DNA from: Sedimentisphaerales bacterium
GTDB taxonomy: Bacteria > Planctomycetota > Phycisphaerae > Sedimentisphaerales > Anaerobacaceae
Length of the DNA: 64,000 nucleotides
NCBI GenBank assembly: GCA_963708075.1
Contig: OY970194.1
Span: 2,080,001 to 2,144,000 of the forward strand
Reading direction: 5' to 3'
A model generated the notes under the pieces. The model made no database searches, was not told where the DNA came from, and was given only the letters and a program-made list of their open reading frames with translations. The translations under genes and the position numbers were made by a program. The number at the start of each line of letters is the position of its first letter. Positions within the stretch are counted from its first letter, which is position 1. Shown piece after piece: positions 1 to 9,441 of the stretch.

Positions 1-1350
1 ACATGTCAGTATTGCGGCTCCTCGCTCGTCCGCTTGCAGCCCCCGCCGGCACCCCAGGCGGGCCCCGCTGCCACCGACACGCGCGACCCTCCCGAACGCG
101 CCGCCGCCGGAGCCTGGGGTGTCCGCATGAAGCGCGCCGCCTGTACGGACGCCAAGAGCGGGCTCATTGCCTTTCAATTTCTCATCCCCGCGGACTGGGA
201 GTTCACCAGCGATATCTGGTGGCGTGACAGTGCCACCATGCCCGCGATTCCATCCTTCCATGCCTGGAATCCGCGCGGACCCGAACAGATCGAGTGGCTG
301 CCGACCATTCCCAATGTATGGCGAAAGAACATCCTGACGGAGGCTCTGAGCCAATGGGGGCCAAAGTCCCATTTCTTCAAAGAAGACGGCATCGAGCAGC
401 GCGCGCCGATGACCGCGCCGGAAGTGCTCCGCAGCCTGGTCGTTCCGCGATATCGGGGGCAACTTGAAGGCCAGGCCGAAAGACCGACACGCTCCGCCGC
501 AGGCTTGCTGTCCAGGCTTATCGGCGAAGAGAAGTTCCAGCAGCGCATGGAAGTGCTCCGACAGATTCCCGGCATCGAGTCTGTCAAGAACTGCTTCCAG
601 AGCCTGCTGTCGCCCCGCTACAAGCCCTACGGTGTGGCCGTGCGCATCGTCGCCGAGGAGCCCTTGCCGAAGCTGGCCGAATCTTTGCGGGGAGGCGAAG
701 AGGATGCATTCAATCCGCTGTCCTCGGACGGCGCCCGAATTCGCATCAGCTATACCCTGGATGGCAAGCCGATGGAGGAGGACATCTTCTGCGTCGTCTC
801 CAAAGTCGTCACGCAGACAGGCTCCAGGCTCTCGGCGCAGGAGAACATTTTCTGGACGGCCGAGGCCCTTTACGCGTTTCGCGCCGCGGCGGGACATCTC
901 GACGCCGTCGGTCAGGCGTGCATGGCGTCGGTCAAATCCTTCAAGATCAACCCGCAATGGGTCCAGGCCTGTCGCGCCGAGAGTCAGAGAATACTGAACG
1001 AGCGGGCGATGTTCGCGAAGATGATGGCCCAGATGGCGGCCAACCAGCGCCGGAGCCTGCAGCGGCTGGGCGATTTGTCCCGCTCGATCAGCGACGCCAG
1101 CGACAGCATCATGGACGGCTACTTCGAGCGATCGGCGGCGTATGATCGGATGGGCGAGAAATACAGTGAGGCCATCCGAGGTGTGGATTCGTATGTCGAC
1201 CCGACCTCGGACTTCCGCCCCGAACTGCCCGGCGGCTATGATCACGCCTGGACCAACGGCCTGGGCGAATACATCGTCTCGAACGACCATCTGTTCGACC
1301 CGAACCTGAACTCGACGATGGACTGGCGACAGATGGAGAGGCAATTTTAA
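1..1350 (+). CDS. Hypothetical protein with N-terminal zinc-ribbon motif (5'-partial)
   Basis: Frame +1 is open from base 1 (TCQYCGSSLVRLQPPP; CxxC knuckle) and continues into the 438-aa ORF. C-terminus ..YSEAIRGVDSYVDP..ELPGGYDHAW.. looks like a conserved hypothetical domain. Confidence 0.75.
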   Translation, partial: TCQYCGSSLVRLQPPPAPQAGPAATDTRDPPERAAAGAWGVRMKRAACTDAKSGLIAFQFLIPADWEFTSDIWWRDSATMPAIPSFHAWNPRGPEQIEWLPTIPNVWRKNILTEALSQWGPKSHFFKEDGIEQRAPMTAPEVLRSLVVPRYRGQLEGQAERPTRSAAGLLSRLIGEEKFQQRMEVLRQIPGIESVKNCFQSLLSPRYKPYGVAVRIVAEEPLPKLAESLRGGEEDAFNPLSSDGARIRISYTLDGKPMEEDIFCVVSKVVTQTGSRLSAQENIFWTAEALYAFRAAAGHLDAVGQACMASVKSFKINPQWVQACRAESQRILNERAMFAKMMAQMAANQRRSLQRLGDLSRSISDASDSIMDGYFERSAAYDRMGEKYSEAIRGVDSYVDPTSDFRPELPGGYDHAWTNGLGEYIVSNDHLFDPNLNSTMDWRQMERQF

Positions 1351-1466
1351 GAACGACGGCCTGTGCCGAGCGACAGGCCTGCCGGCAGCATTTGAGGCTG
1401 GCGGGACGCGCGTACTGCCCAGAGGTGGAGAGAACGAAGTTGTGAACGTCCTGTTCGGAGATAGCC

Positions 1467-2561
1467 ATGGCACTATTTGACAAGCTGCGCGGCGAATTCA
1501 TCGACATCATCGAGTGGACCGACTCCTCGAACGACACGATCGTCTATCGCTTCCCGCGGCATGACAACGAAATCAAGATGGACGCCCGGCTCACCGTGCG
1601 CGAGGCCCAGGTGGCGGTCTTCGTCAACAAAGGACGGATCGCCGATGTCTTCGAGCCCGGCATGTATACGCTGGCGACGGACAACCTGCCCATCCTCTCG
1701 ACCCTCATGGGCTGGAAGCACGGATTTCACAGTCCGTTCAAAGCCGAGGTGTACTTCGTCAACATGCGGCGGTTCACCGACCTCAAGTGGGGCACGCAGC
1801 ACCCCATCACCCTGCGCGACGCGGAATTCGGCCCGGTGCGCCTGCGAGCCTTCGGCACCTACGTCATCCGGGTCAGTGACCCCCGCATCCTGATCCGCGA
1901 GATCGTCGGGACGGACGGGCACTTCACGACGGGCGAGATCTCCGAGCAGCTCCGCAATCTGATCGTTTCACGGTTCGCCGACGCGATCGCGGAGAGCAAG
2001 ATCCCCGTGCTCGACCTCGCGGCCAATTACGGGAGACTGGGCGAGTTTGTCACGAACAAGATCAAGCCGGACGTCGCCAATTACGGCCTGGAGCTAGCGA
2101 CCCTGCTCGTCGAGAATATCTCGTTGCCGGCGGCGGTGGAAGAGGCTCTCGACAAGCGCACGAGCATGGGAGCCGTCGGCGACCTCCACAAGTACACACA
2201 GTTCCAGGCGGCCAACGCGATGGAAGAGGCGGCCCGGAATCCTAGCGGCATGGCCAGCGGCGGCATGGGTATGGGCATGGGTTTTGCGATCGCCAACCAG
2301 ATGGGCCAGGTGCTGGCCGGTCAGAACCCGGCAGGCCAGCATGAGACACCACCACCGCTGCCCCAAGCGGACCAATTCTACGCGGCGATGGACGGCCGAC
2401 AAACCGGACCGTTCGACCTGGGCACGCTTCAGCAGCACATCTCAAGCGGCCGGCTCACTGCGCAGACGCTCGTCTGGCGCTCAGGCATGATCGCTTGGGC
2501 CCCTGCCGGGCAGATTGAGGAACTCAAGAACCTCTTCGCCGGTCCGCCGCCGCTGCCGTAA
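1467..2561 (+). CDS. SPFH/band-7 domain protein (YdjI-like) with C-terminal GYF_2 (DUF4339) domain
   Basis: EFIDIIEW..LTVREAQVAVF..LKWGT..VRLRAFG SPFH motifs; C-terminal GPFDLGTL..LVWRSGMIAWAPAGQI GYF_2; GGAG RBS. Confidence 0.9.
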   Translation: MALFDKLRGEFIDIIEWTDSSNDTIVYRFPRHDNEIKMDARLTVREAQVAVFVNKGRIADVFEPGMYTLATDNLPILSTLMGWKHGFHSPFKAEVYFVNMRRFTDLKWGTQHPITLRDAEFGPVRLRAFGTYVIRVSDPRILIREIVGTDGHFTTGEISEQLRNLIVSRFADAIAESKIPVLDLAANYGRLGEFVTNKIKPDVANYGLELATLLVENISLPAAVEEALDKRTSMGAVGDLHKYTQFQAANAMEEAARNPSGMASGGMGMGMGFAIANQMGQVLAGQNPAGQHETPPPLPQADQFYAAMDGRQTGPFDLGTLQQHISSGRLTAQTLVWRSGMIAWAPAGQIEELKNLFAGPPPLP

Positions 2562-2924
2562 ACTCGTCCTCTTGTCCGGCAAATTTGCATAGGATGCACA
2601 TGTTTTCCCGCCGTAAGCAGATGTGGCTCTCGCACTTGCGCGGTCAGCACTACACGGAGCCAGCGACGGCTTTTGCCGCTGCGTCGATGCCATAGGATTC
2701 CCATAGGCCTCTTTCATCATCGCTCGCGTGTTTCAATCTCCACCGGCAGAGCCTGTCGTTCACCGAACTGCCATTAGATCGTGTATAGACGTATTCCGGG
2801 ATTTCTACCCCACCACCATAAATGGTTGCAGTGACGATATGCCTGATGGTATGTTTGTGGTCATCGTTAGGAGCTGTCACGAGACTGAAATTGGATGATC
2901 GGTACATATGTGGAGAGATGAATT

Positions 2925-3597
2925 ATGAGAACAGATCATTTCCTGGCCATCAGTCTGTCCGTCATTGTGGCAGTGGCGTTGTGTGCCAACAGCGGGTGTA
3001 AGAAGAGGGATGCGACAGGCGATACGCCGCCTGTTGCTGCCGATGAAGCAAAACCGACTCCGCCGGTGGCTCCAGTGGCTCAACGGGAAGAAACGGTTCA
3101 GGCACCCGTCAATGTCAAGCCCGCGCCTGATCCAAATACCATTGCTGAAGGACACGCATTTCCCGCACTGAGATTTGCCAGCCTCGGCGGCGACGAGGTC
3201 GACTTGGCGAATCTCAAGGGCAAGGTCGTCTTGATCGACTTCTGGGCGACCTGGTGTGGCCCCTGCCGCAAGGTCATGCCGGACCTGGTCGAGAACCTAC
3301 AAGCAGTATCATGATCAGGGATTTGAAATCATCGGGATCAGTCTGGATAAAGACCAGTCCCAGTTGGAGCAGTATATGCGGGACACGGGCATAACCTGGC
3401 CGCAGTACTATGATGGTCTGGGTTGGAGCAACAAGGTGGCCAAGCGTTTTCGTGTCCGGGCCATCCCCCACATCGTGCTCATCGACAAGAATGGCGCCGT
3501 GGACTTCAACACCGATTACGACCAGAACAAACCGCCCTTGCACGGCGCCGAGTTGAGAGATGTGGTGGCCAGATTGTGCCGGGCTTCAGCGTCTTGA
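2925..3597 (+). CDS. TlpA-family thiol:disulfide oxidoreductase, probable lipoprotein (split by +1 frameshift near 3294; ~223 aa when repaired)
   Basis: Signal peptide ending SGC; DFWATWCGPC active site. The second ORF continues YKQYHDQGFEIIGISLD..IPHIVLIDKNG. Removing one A from GAGAACC (3291-3297) joins the frames. Confidence 0.85.
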
Positions 3598-3675
3598 GGT
3601 AATCAGCCATCCTGGCAGCATCACCAAGAGCATGCCTCCACCAAAGCCGGGCATAGCCGCGCCGGAGGCCATAGG

Positions 3676-3796
3676 AAGAACGGGCCGGCGGCTCCGCTGT
3701 CCGCCAACCTGTTCCCAAGAGTGCGCCAAGTGAAAGTACATGCCATGGTCTGATGGCCCGGTTGCAGATCCGCACGTCGTCGATCGGGCCAGATCA
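3676..3796. repeat. Direct repeat copy 1 (LamG 3'-end remnant plus hairpin)
   Basis: Ungapped 121-nt alignment with 18055-18175, 90/121 identical by manual count. Minus strand reads F*SGPIDDVRICNRAIRPW. Confidence 0.85.
3678..3714 (-). terminator. Hairpin, probable terminator of the tubulin-like operon (between convergent genes)
   Basis: Minus strand GAACAGGTTGGCGG-loop-CCGCCGGCCCGTTC: 14-bp stem with G:U pairs and one mismatch, followed by a short TTCCT tail. Confidence 0.55.
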
Positions 3797-6440
3797 AAAG
3801 TTGCCGCTATGTGTCAATCCTCGCTGCGAGGGCAACGCGGGAAAGCCTCGCCAGCCATGGGAGAGACCCTGAACGATCCGGATTACCGCCACCGTGTGAC
3901 GGTCCTGCCAGTCAATGACGGCAAAACGATGGGGATCATCGGGGTCCGAGAACTGGGTCATGATGTTCCACAACTCTTTGCCCACCGCGATAGCGCTCGT
4001 ATCGACATCGCAGTCTCCCCGTGTCTGCGGCCAGCGGGGTGGAACGCTCGCAACGATCGCCGAAACCACAGTCCGCGAATCCAGCCCCAGTTGTGAGATC
4101 AAGTGCTCCAGCGGTTCTTCCTCCAGCCAGCGCTCCACGTGGTAGCGCCAGAAGGCCTCCAGAGGGTTGGTCAGGTCGAAACCGGAGGCGGAGAATCCCT
4201 CCATCAGACACCGCGCCCAGGCTTCCGGATCATCCACCATCTGCTTCAACGATTTCCCCGACCGCATCTCCTGATTCTTCCTGAATGCCTCCGCCAATTG
4301 ACGACGCCATTGGGCGGTGAACATTTTCGGGAGCAAATCATCCAAGTTGGTTTCGTTCCAATCGAGATCGCTGGACGGTGAAGTCTCCGGGACAGCCAGC
4401 AGCCGGTCCACCCATGACTGGAGGCTTTCCACCTGTGTCGCCAGGTGGGGACTTTCGGGCGCCTCCTCTTCGAGATCTATCAGTTTCTGTGGCATCTTGG
4501 GAATGGCACAGGTCAGTTCCGCAGTCCCGCGCCGAGGCAGTTGCGCCAGCACAAGTCCGAGCAAAATCGCCCCCAGGCCCGCCAGCGACCCCGCTGCATT
4601 CGGCGTGCCGTTTGTCAGATTACTCCCGAGGCACAACGATAGCCATGCCACCGTCAAGGAGATAAGGCCGGCCATGTAGCGCCGCCTGTTCCAGGGCGGC
4701 GCAAGATCCGGAACTTCCCCTTCGCCGGGCACATTGCGGTGCCGAGACACCGTCGTGGTACTCAGATAGATCAGCACGCCGGCAATCAGGCCACCAACCA
4801 CGAAGAGACCGCCATATAGCAGGGTCTTGCCACTGATCGCCCCCTTCCAGCCGGCCAGGATCGCCCATCCAAGACCGCCCGCCCCCAGGATCAGGAGGAT
4901 CAAGGAAAACGCCACCTGGACGTCCGGCATGCACTTGTGATAGCTACAGGCTGACGGCTGCTGCGAGGTCTTGGCACCGTGCGGAATAAGAGTCCTCCGG
5001 CATTCCACCCACCGTACGGGCAGGACCGTCAGCAGGCTGGCCCAGATTGCGAGAATCCCACCGGCGGCCATCGCCGCCTCTTGCTGCCGCAAGCCCCCCA
5101 GAGCAATCATACCCAGACCGACCGCCGCGAGTCCGATGGCCAGGAAGTAATACCCGAGCGGGACCGGACGGCTGAGAACGACGGTAGGTGATTGCGCGAT
5201 GAAAGGCTCCGTGGGCGATCGCCACTCGACCCCCGGCAGCCTCTGCCACTCCTTTATGGGGGTGTACGTGTCTTCCGCTTGCTGACGCAGGGCTCGCGCG
5301 GCCCGGAACCGTGCCTGCCAGCGCGCCCGCAGCCGGCCGAATGCCGTCAATCCATGGAGTCTCGGACGCAGTCCTTTCAGAAACCAGCGAAGGCTCAGCG
5401 CCGGCTGCGCGGAGCACACCTCCTTCAGCGTCCGTTCCACGGCGGCACCGGCCTTCTCGTGTGGATGGGGACTTGCCGTCGGGGCAGAGGACGCCTCCAC
5501 CGGCGTTGCCTCGCCGGATGGTGACTCCTCGCTTTCGTAGGCACTCGCGATGTCCACCACGAGACGCTGGGCCAACCTGTCCAGGACCTCGCTTCGCTCC
5601 CGGCTGAGAGAGCCCTGGTCCAACTCCTGAACGGTGGCGTCCCGGGCCAGCGTGGCGGCCACCTCCTGGGCCACGATGGAAGAGTCCCAACGGAACCGCT
5701 TGCACATGGCCGAGCCACAGAAGTCGAGAAAAGGCTCGTTCAGGCTCATGCGCGTCTTCTCCCGGCGGCGCAGGGAATGCCGGTACGGGCTCATGCCGTG
5801 GTGCAGAATGAACTCAGCCCCGATACGATACATTTGCTCCGGGTCGCGAAGCCACGTTCCATTCGTGTCTTCTCCGTCCAGGATGTACAGACGCTGAAGC
5901 AGGTGCATGTTCTCCATATCGGTCAGGAGCGTCCTGAACGGTTCACACCAGGTTGGCTCCGGGGACGTACCGGTTCTCCGCGGTCCTGCCGGTCAGCGCC
6001 AGGCCGGTCATCTCAATCGACGGGCCCGCCTGCCGCAGCCGCTTGACGAGCTCAACAGTGAACGGCACGATGTCGGGGGTCGCCAGATCGATGACCACAT
6101 AGGCGTGGATGTGAGTGCGGCCTCCCTCGCCCCCCTCGGGCCCTTCCCCCCTCACCTGCAACCGGCGAACCAGGGAACAGAGGTCCTTGAACGATGCCGG
6201 CTCGGACCCGTTTGCGACGACGCTCGCCTCGCTGCCGATCTCGGGCACCCTCATGTCGGAGAGCCAGAAGCAGCTCGACATGCGGATTCTGCCGGCGGGT
6301 CCTCCGGCGACGAGCAGGCCGAAGGGTCCCGCCACACGCACGCACAGGCCCTTGGCGGCGTGCGGCACCTCCGCCACGGTCCTCACCGCCCCCTGACCCG
6401 CGCCGATCAAGAGAATAGGTTGGTTCCGCGTATGCTCCAT
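3794..6440 (-). CDS. Degenerate tubulin/FtsZ-like (Tubulin_2-type) membrane protein with ~6 TM helices (split by +1 frameshift near 5975; ~881 aa)
   Basis: N-terminal PILLIGAGQGA Rossmann strand, AYVVIDL, LYILDGE. The 165-aa and 707-aa ORFs join on removing one base in GGTTCTC (5972-5978). Six hydrophobic segments. C-terminal AVIRIVQGL resembles LLRINYGF of the upstream paralog. Confidence 0.65.
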
Positions 6441-6473
6441 GGTGTCCTCACTTTACGAGTGCTCCTGTCACCA

Positions 6474-9413
6474 TCAGGGTGCTGCCGGCTGATTGCGTTC
6501 CTTGCTCGGCGCCTCGGTCGCAGGATCATTCAGTCCCTGGGTAAAGACATCCCAGGTCTCTCTCAGCTCTTCGCGATCCTCGGGTGACAGCGCCTCGAGC
6601 ACAGAGCTCGATGGGGCAAAAATGTCGCCGTCAATCATCTCCCGGCAAAGACGTGAACTGTCGTGGATGGCCTTCGCATCACTGGGAGTCTGTCGGCCCA
6701 GAACGGAGGACACTCGGTCTTCCGTTTGGGTGCAGATCCGCATCGCCTCGACGGCTTTGGAGACGTCCTGACACCGGCTCAGCCCCCGCAGGAGGCACAG
6801 GAAGAACGTGCGCATCCCCTTCTGAATCATCGCCAGTTGACGGGCCATTTCTTCGTAGTCAGGACCCGATCTTCGGTCCGCTTGGCGCAACTGGGCTTGC
6901 ATGTCCTTCCACTGTTCCTTGGTCAATTGATAGGCGCCGTACCAGCGGTCATCCAGCCACATATTGGAATCCTCGAACCTCGTTCGTTCGTGGATGTACT
7001 TCCTGGCCGCCGCCTGATAGTCACCGTAGGTGGCCAAGGCCTCCAGGCAGAATCCATAATTGATCCGAAGCAGTTGGAACCACACGTCCGTCTTGCGCTC
7101 GAACTCCTCGGAGACGTGCGCCTCGCGGAAATCGGCGCCCAGACTGTGTCCCAGCAGATCGGGCACGCAGCAGCCCTTGGTATGCTGGGAGATCGTCACG
7201 GGCAACGGCTCGGCATATTTGTTCGCGCGATTCAGGTCAATCTTGGGGGCCGCCCGCTCATAGATCTTGTTTACCGGGATGAAGTAGTCGTGTTTGTCTG
7301 CCTGCATGTCCGGAGAAACCCTGCTGTAGAACTTGCCCTGCTTGTCGGTCCTGACGGCTTCCAGGAACTGTTGTCGGGAAGCCTCCAGCCGATGAATGGC
7401 TTCGAAGAGCTTCCTCTCGGTTCCGGTCACCCCTTCATCTCCTTCTTTGAGATCCTTCCAGGAGAAGACAACCTGCTTCAGAATCGGCCGGATCAGATCC
7501 TGGCGGAACTTGCTTCCCAGAGGCGTCTTGGGATCGGGGGTCGGATCCTCGGTGACGTTGAGGGCGGTGGAGAAGTGAGCTTGGCCGCCGCCGTTATTAT
7601 CCTCCTTGCGCGTGCGACGGGACTCGCCGGAACTGTTCTGGTACGTTTCCCCATTCAGACCCGATGCCACTTTCCGGCTGAAACCGCTGTCTGAGGCCAG
7701 GATGGTGAGCGATTCCACCGTCTGCCTCCACAGGCGAAGCACGCTGAGGGTGCGACTGATGGAGGGCTCCAGTGTCTCGTACAGGCAGGCCAGGGCCAGC
7801 CGATTCCAGTGGCTGTCCACCAGGCTCTGCACAACCTTCGCGGCTTCCTCCGGCTTCAACGCCGTTGCGCTCGTGCGGTGTTTCTCTTTAGCACTCGCCT
7901 CCAGAGCCGGCTTGATCTTCTGCTGGATTTGTTCGCGAACGCCCTCATAGCTGGGCCGTTTCGCGGAGCCGCGGTTCTGCCGCCACAACTCCAAATCCTG
8001 AATACACTGGTCAAGGGCAGCAGGGACGCACCCCAACTCATCCTCGAGCACAAACCCGTCAATGGCTTCCACGATGGCCTGGAGCAGCTTCGTGTGATGC
8101 TCCTCAGGCTTGATGATCTCTTCACATTTCTTCCGCAGACTCGGTTCCACCTTCTCGTTGAAGAACGTTCTTGTTGCGTCCTCAATTTCCTGGACGATGA
8201 TGGTGGGAGCATTGCGTGCGTACTCGAACGAGCAGGCACCGATGCCTTCGGCCTTGCCGGAGATACTCAGGAAAGGCTCGACCGTCCGGCGTATCTTCTC
8301 GGTGATTTGCCCACTTTGGGCGACATCGACGTCTCTCATTTCGTGCAGTCGCGCGCCTACCCAGGACAACACATCGCCGTGGTCCTGACCGGGCGTGCCC
8401 TGCCATAGCCCGTAACTGGCAAAACACTGGCGACGCCCGGTGGCGGGATCGTACAGTCCCAGCGCATCGGCCAGCTTGTTGTTGCTCTCCGACGCCACCA
8501 GCTTGCTGCTGGGTTCCAGCACCATCGCGCGAATCGCGCGGGCGATCATCTTGACCAGGTGCTTGCGGTTGCCAACGCCCAGGTCCCCTTGTCCGTTGAG
8601 CAGGTACAGGAAATTGAACGGGGCGGTTAACCGGTCGAAGGACCTCTTGCCGGAACTGCCGGGATAGTGGACAGGAATGTCTTCCCGGCGGGGATCCGAG
8701 AGGAACTCGATTTGTTCGAGAGTCGCCGCGGCCACCGCCTGCAGCTTCGGTCGCAGAACCGGATTGATGACAAACGCCTCCGGCAGCATCAAGTGGCCGA
8801 TGATCTCGGCCGACCGACGGAACGACTCCCTCGACCACCAGCGTAAGTTGTACGCCATGTCGATCAGCATACCTGCCCCGGTGCCGCCGCACACGCTGGC
8901 CGCGACGTGAACCGCCGGCGCCGCGTCGCTGACAAGAGCGAACTGCCCCATCTCATCTTTCAGATCCTGCTGCGTGGCCGCTCGCAACGAGCCGAAACGC
9001 GCCGAGACCGCCGGATGAATGATGTTTTCACGCTGTTCGGTGAAAACCAGGCGACCCAGCCGGGGAATTCCCTGGCAACCGTAATCGGCGAACACAGCGT
9101 CCAGTCTGCCGCGCAGAGAGGTGAACCAATCCAGATGCGGATGCAATTCGGGGTATTGCGCACAGTCGCGCACCACGGCCCCGATGTCCAGATTCTGGAA
9201 GAGATTGTAGAAATCCGTCAGACTGGCTTCGGGCGGCCCTCCTTCTTCCAGCGCATCCGTATCCAGCTTGAGAAACCGAATGAACGGCGGTACACGCCCG
9301 TCAAACAGAGTGCGGATGAACTCCTCAACCCACTGGCACACCAGCACCCCCGTGCCCCCAAGCCCCACGATCAGGGTGGGACGCACCATGATAGAACCAT
9401 CATTGATCTTCAT
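6474..9413 (-). CDS. Tubulin-like (Tubulin_2 / FtsZ-like 1) GTPase domain protein, 979 aa
   Basis: PTLIVGLGGTG (T1 loop), LKLDTD, GCQGIPRLGR, SVCGGTGAGMLIDMAY (GGGTGSG-type signature), followed by a long helical region. Confidence 0.92.
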   Translation of the reverse strand: MKINDGSIMVRPTLIVGLGGTGVLVCQWVEEFIRTLFDGRVPPFIRFLKLDTDALEEGGPPEASLTDFYNLFQNLDIGAVVRDCAQYPELHPHLDWFTSLRGRLDAVFADYGCQGIPRLGRLVFTEQRENIIHPAVSARFGSLRAATQQDLKDEMGQFALVSDAAPAVHVAASVCGGTGAGMLIDMAYNLRWWSRESFRRSAEIIGHLMLPEAFVINPVLRPKLQAVAAATLEQIEFLSDPRREDIPVHYPGSSGKRSFDRLTAPFNFLYLLNGQGDLGVGNRKHLVKMIARAIRAMVLEPSSKLVASESNNKLADALGLYDPATGRRQCFASYGLWQGTPGQDHGDVLSWVGARLHEMRDVDVAQSGQITEKIRRTVEPFLSISGKAEGIGACSFEYARNAPTIIVQEIEDATRTFFNEKVEPSLRKKCEEIIKPEEHHTKLLQAIVEAIDGFVLEDELGCVPAALDQCIQDLELWRQNRGSAKRPSYEGVREQIQQKIKPALEASAKEKHRTSATALKPEEAAKVVQSLVDSHWNRLALACLYETLEPSISRTLSVLRLWRQTVESLTILASDSGFSRKVASGLNGETYQNSSGESRRTRKEDNNGGGQAHFSTALNVTEDPTPDPKTPLGSKFRQDLIRPILKQVVFSWKDLKEGDEGVTGTERKLFEAIHRLEASRQQFLEAVRTDKQGKFYSRVSPDMQADKHDYFIPVNKIYERAAPKIDLNRANKYAEPLPVTISQHTKGCCVPDLLGHSLGADFREAHVSEEFERKTDVWFQLLRINYGFCLEALATYGDYQAAARKYIHERTRFEDSNMWLDDRWYGAYQLTKEQWKDMQAQLRQADRRSGPDYEEMARQLAMIQKGMRTFFLCLLRGLSRCQDVSKAVEAMRICTQTEDRVSSVLGRQTPSDAKAIHDSSRLCREMIDGDIFAPSSSVLEALSPEDREELRETWDVFTQGLNDPATEAPSKERNQPAAP

Positions 9414-9441
9414 ACTTCCATCTCCTATTCAACTAACGCGC

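Noticed and set aside
6474..9413. Calling the gene ftsZ or btubA/B
   Set aside because: At 979 aa, with a divergent signature, long helical extension and no division-cluster context, it fits Tubulin_2/FtsZ-like instead.
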